Source of the DNA: an archaeon
Lineage (GTDB): Archaea; B1Sed10-29; WALL01
Reading direction: 5' to 3'
DNA length: 64,000 nt
NCBI GenBank assembly: GCA_042584585.1
Contig: JBHOSQ010000005.1
Coordinates: 1 to 64,000, forward strand
The notes under the pieces are model-generated. The model saw nothing but the letters and a program-made list of their open reading frames with translations, ran no database searches and was not told the DNA's origin. A program made the translations under genes and the position numbers. Below are positions 63,901-64,000 of this stretch, piece by piece. Positions within the stretch are counted from its first letter, which is position 1. Each line of letters begins with the position of its first letter.

Positions 63901-64000
63901 ATGCCGAAGAAAAAGCGCAGCAAGCCGTCCGGCAGACCGTCTTCGACGAAGTCAAAGACAAAGGCTAAGCCAAAGGCATCCACAAAATCCTTGCTGCCGC
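63901..64000 (+). CDS. Partial ORF with Lys/Ser-rich N-terminus (runs off the window)
   Basis: ATG CCG AAG AAA AAG..., open to the window end. Confidence 0.4.
   Translation, partial: MPKKKRSKPSGRPSSTKSKTKAKPKASTKSLLP

Noticed and set aside
1-64000. tRNA, rRNA, inteins, transposases
   Set aside because: Intergenic gaps are too short or lack cloverleaf motifs. RFC, TopA, CDC48 and PyrG are normal length without intein blocks, and no DDE/HUH/tyrosine-recombinase motifs were recognised.

Overview
Archaeal chromosomal window, gene-dense with many overlapping stop/start codons and TATA-like promoters. Shortened housekeeping proteins and Cys-rich secreted proteins suggest a streamlined, DPANN-like lineage, but that is inference. 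Contents: (i) a type IV pilus core locus (ATPase, two TadB/TadC-like membrane proteins, pilins, prepilin peptidase) plus two more pilin clusters, about 16 class III signal-peptide-like genes in all; (ii) an accessory block next to the pilus locus with a probable secreted polymorphic toxin plus immunity gene and a 1140-aa PKD/Ig surface protein; (iii) housekeeping genes (ABCE1, pelota, Taw3, RFC-S/L, MtaB, ThiC, PyrG, type IA topoisomerase, RadB, CDC48, YchF, PheS/T, Nob1-like, RNase Z, Trm11); (iv) an AT-richer islet with an Lrp regulator divergent from a stand-alone ThrRS editing domain, a radical SAM enzyme and a flavin-binding protein; (v) a pantothenate cluster (panE, pantoate kinase, panB, GNAT-fold neighbour) with a possible -1 frameshift; (vi) a four-peptidase operon (frameshifted M29 aminopeptidase, TldD, TldE, HExxH peptidase). 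I saw no tRNA, rRNA, CRISPR array or transposase. The best candidates for undescribed systems are the pilus-adjacent toxin/immunity pair and the Lrp/editing-domain/radical-SAM islet. All family calls come from motif recognition by eye, not from database searches.
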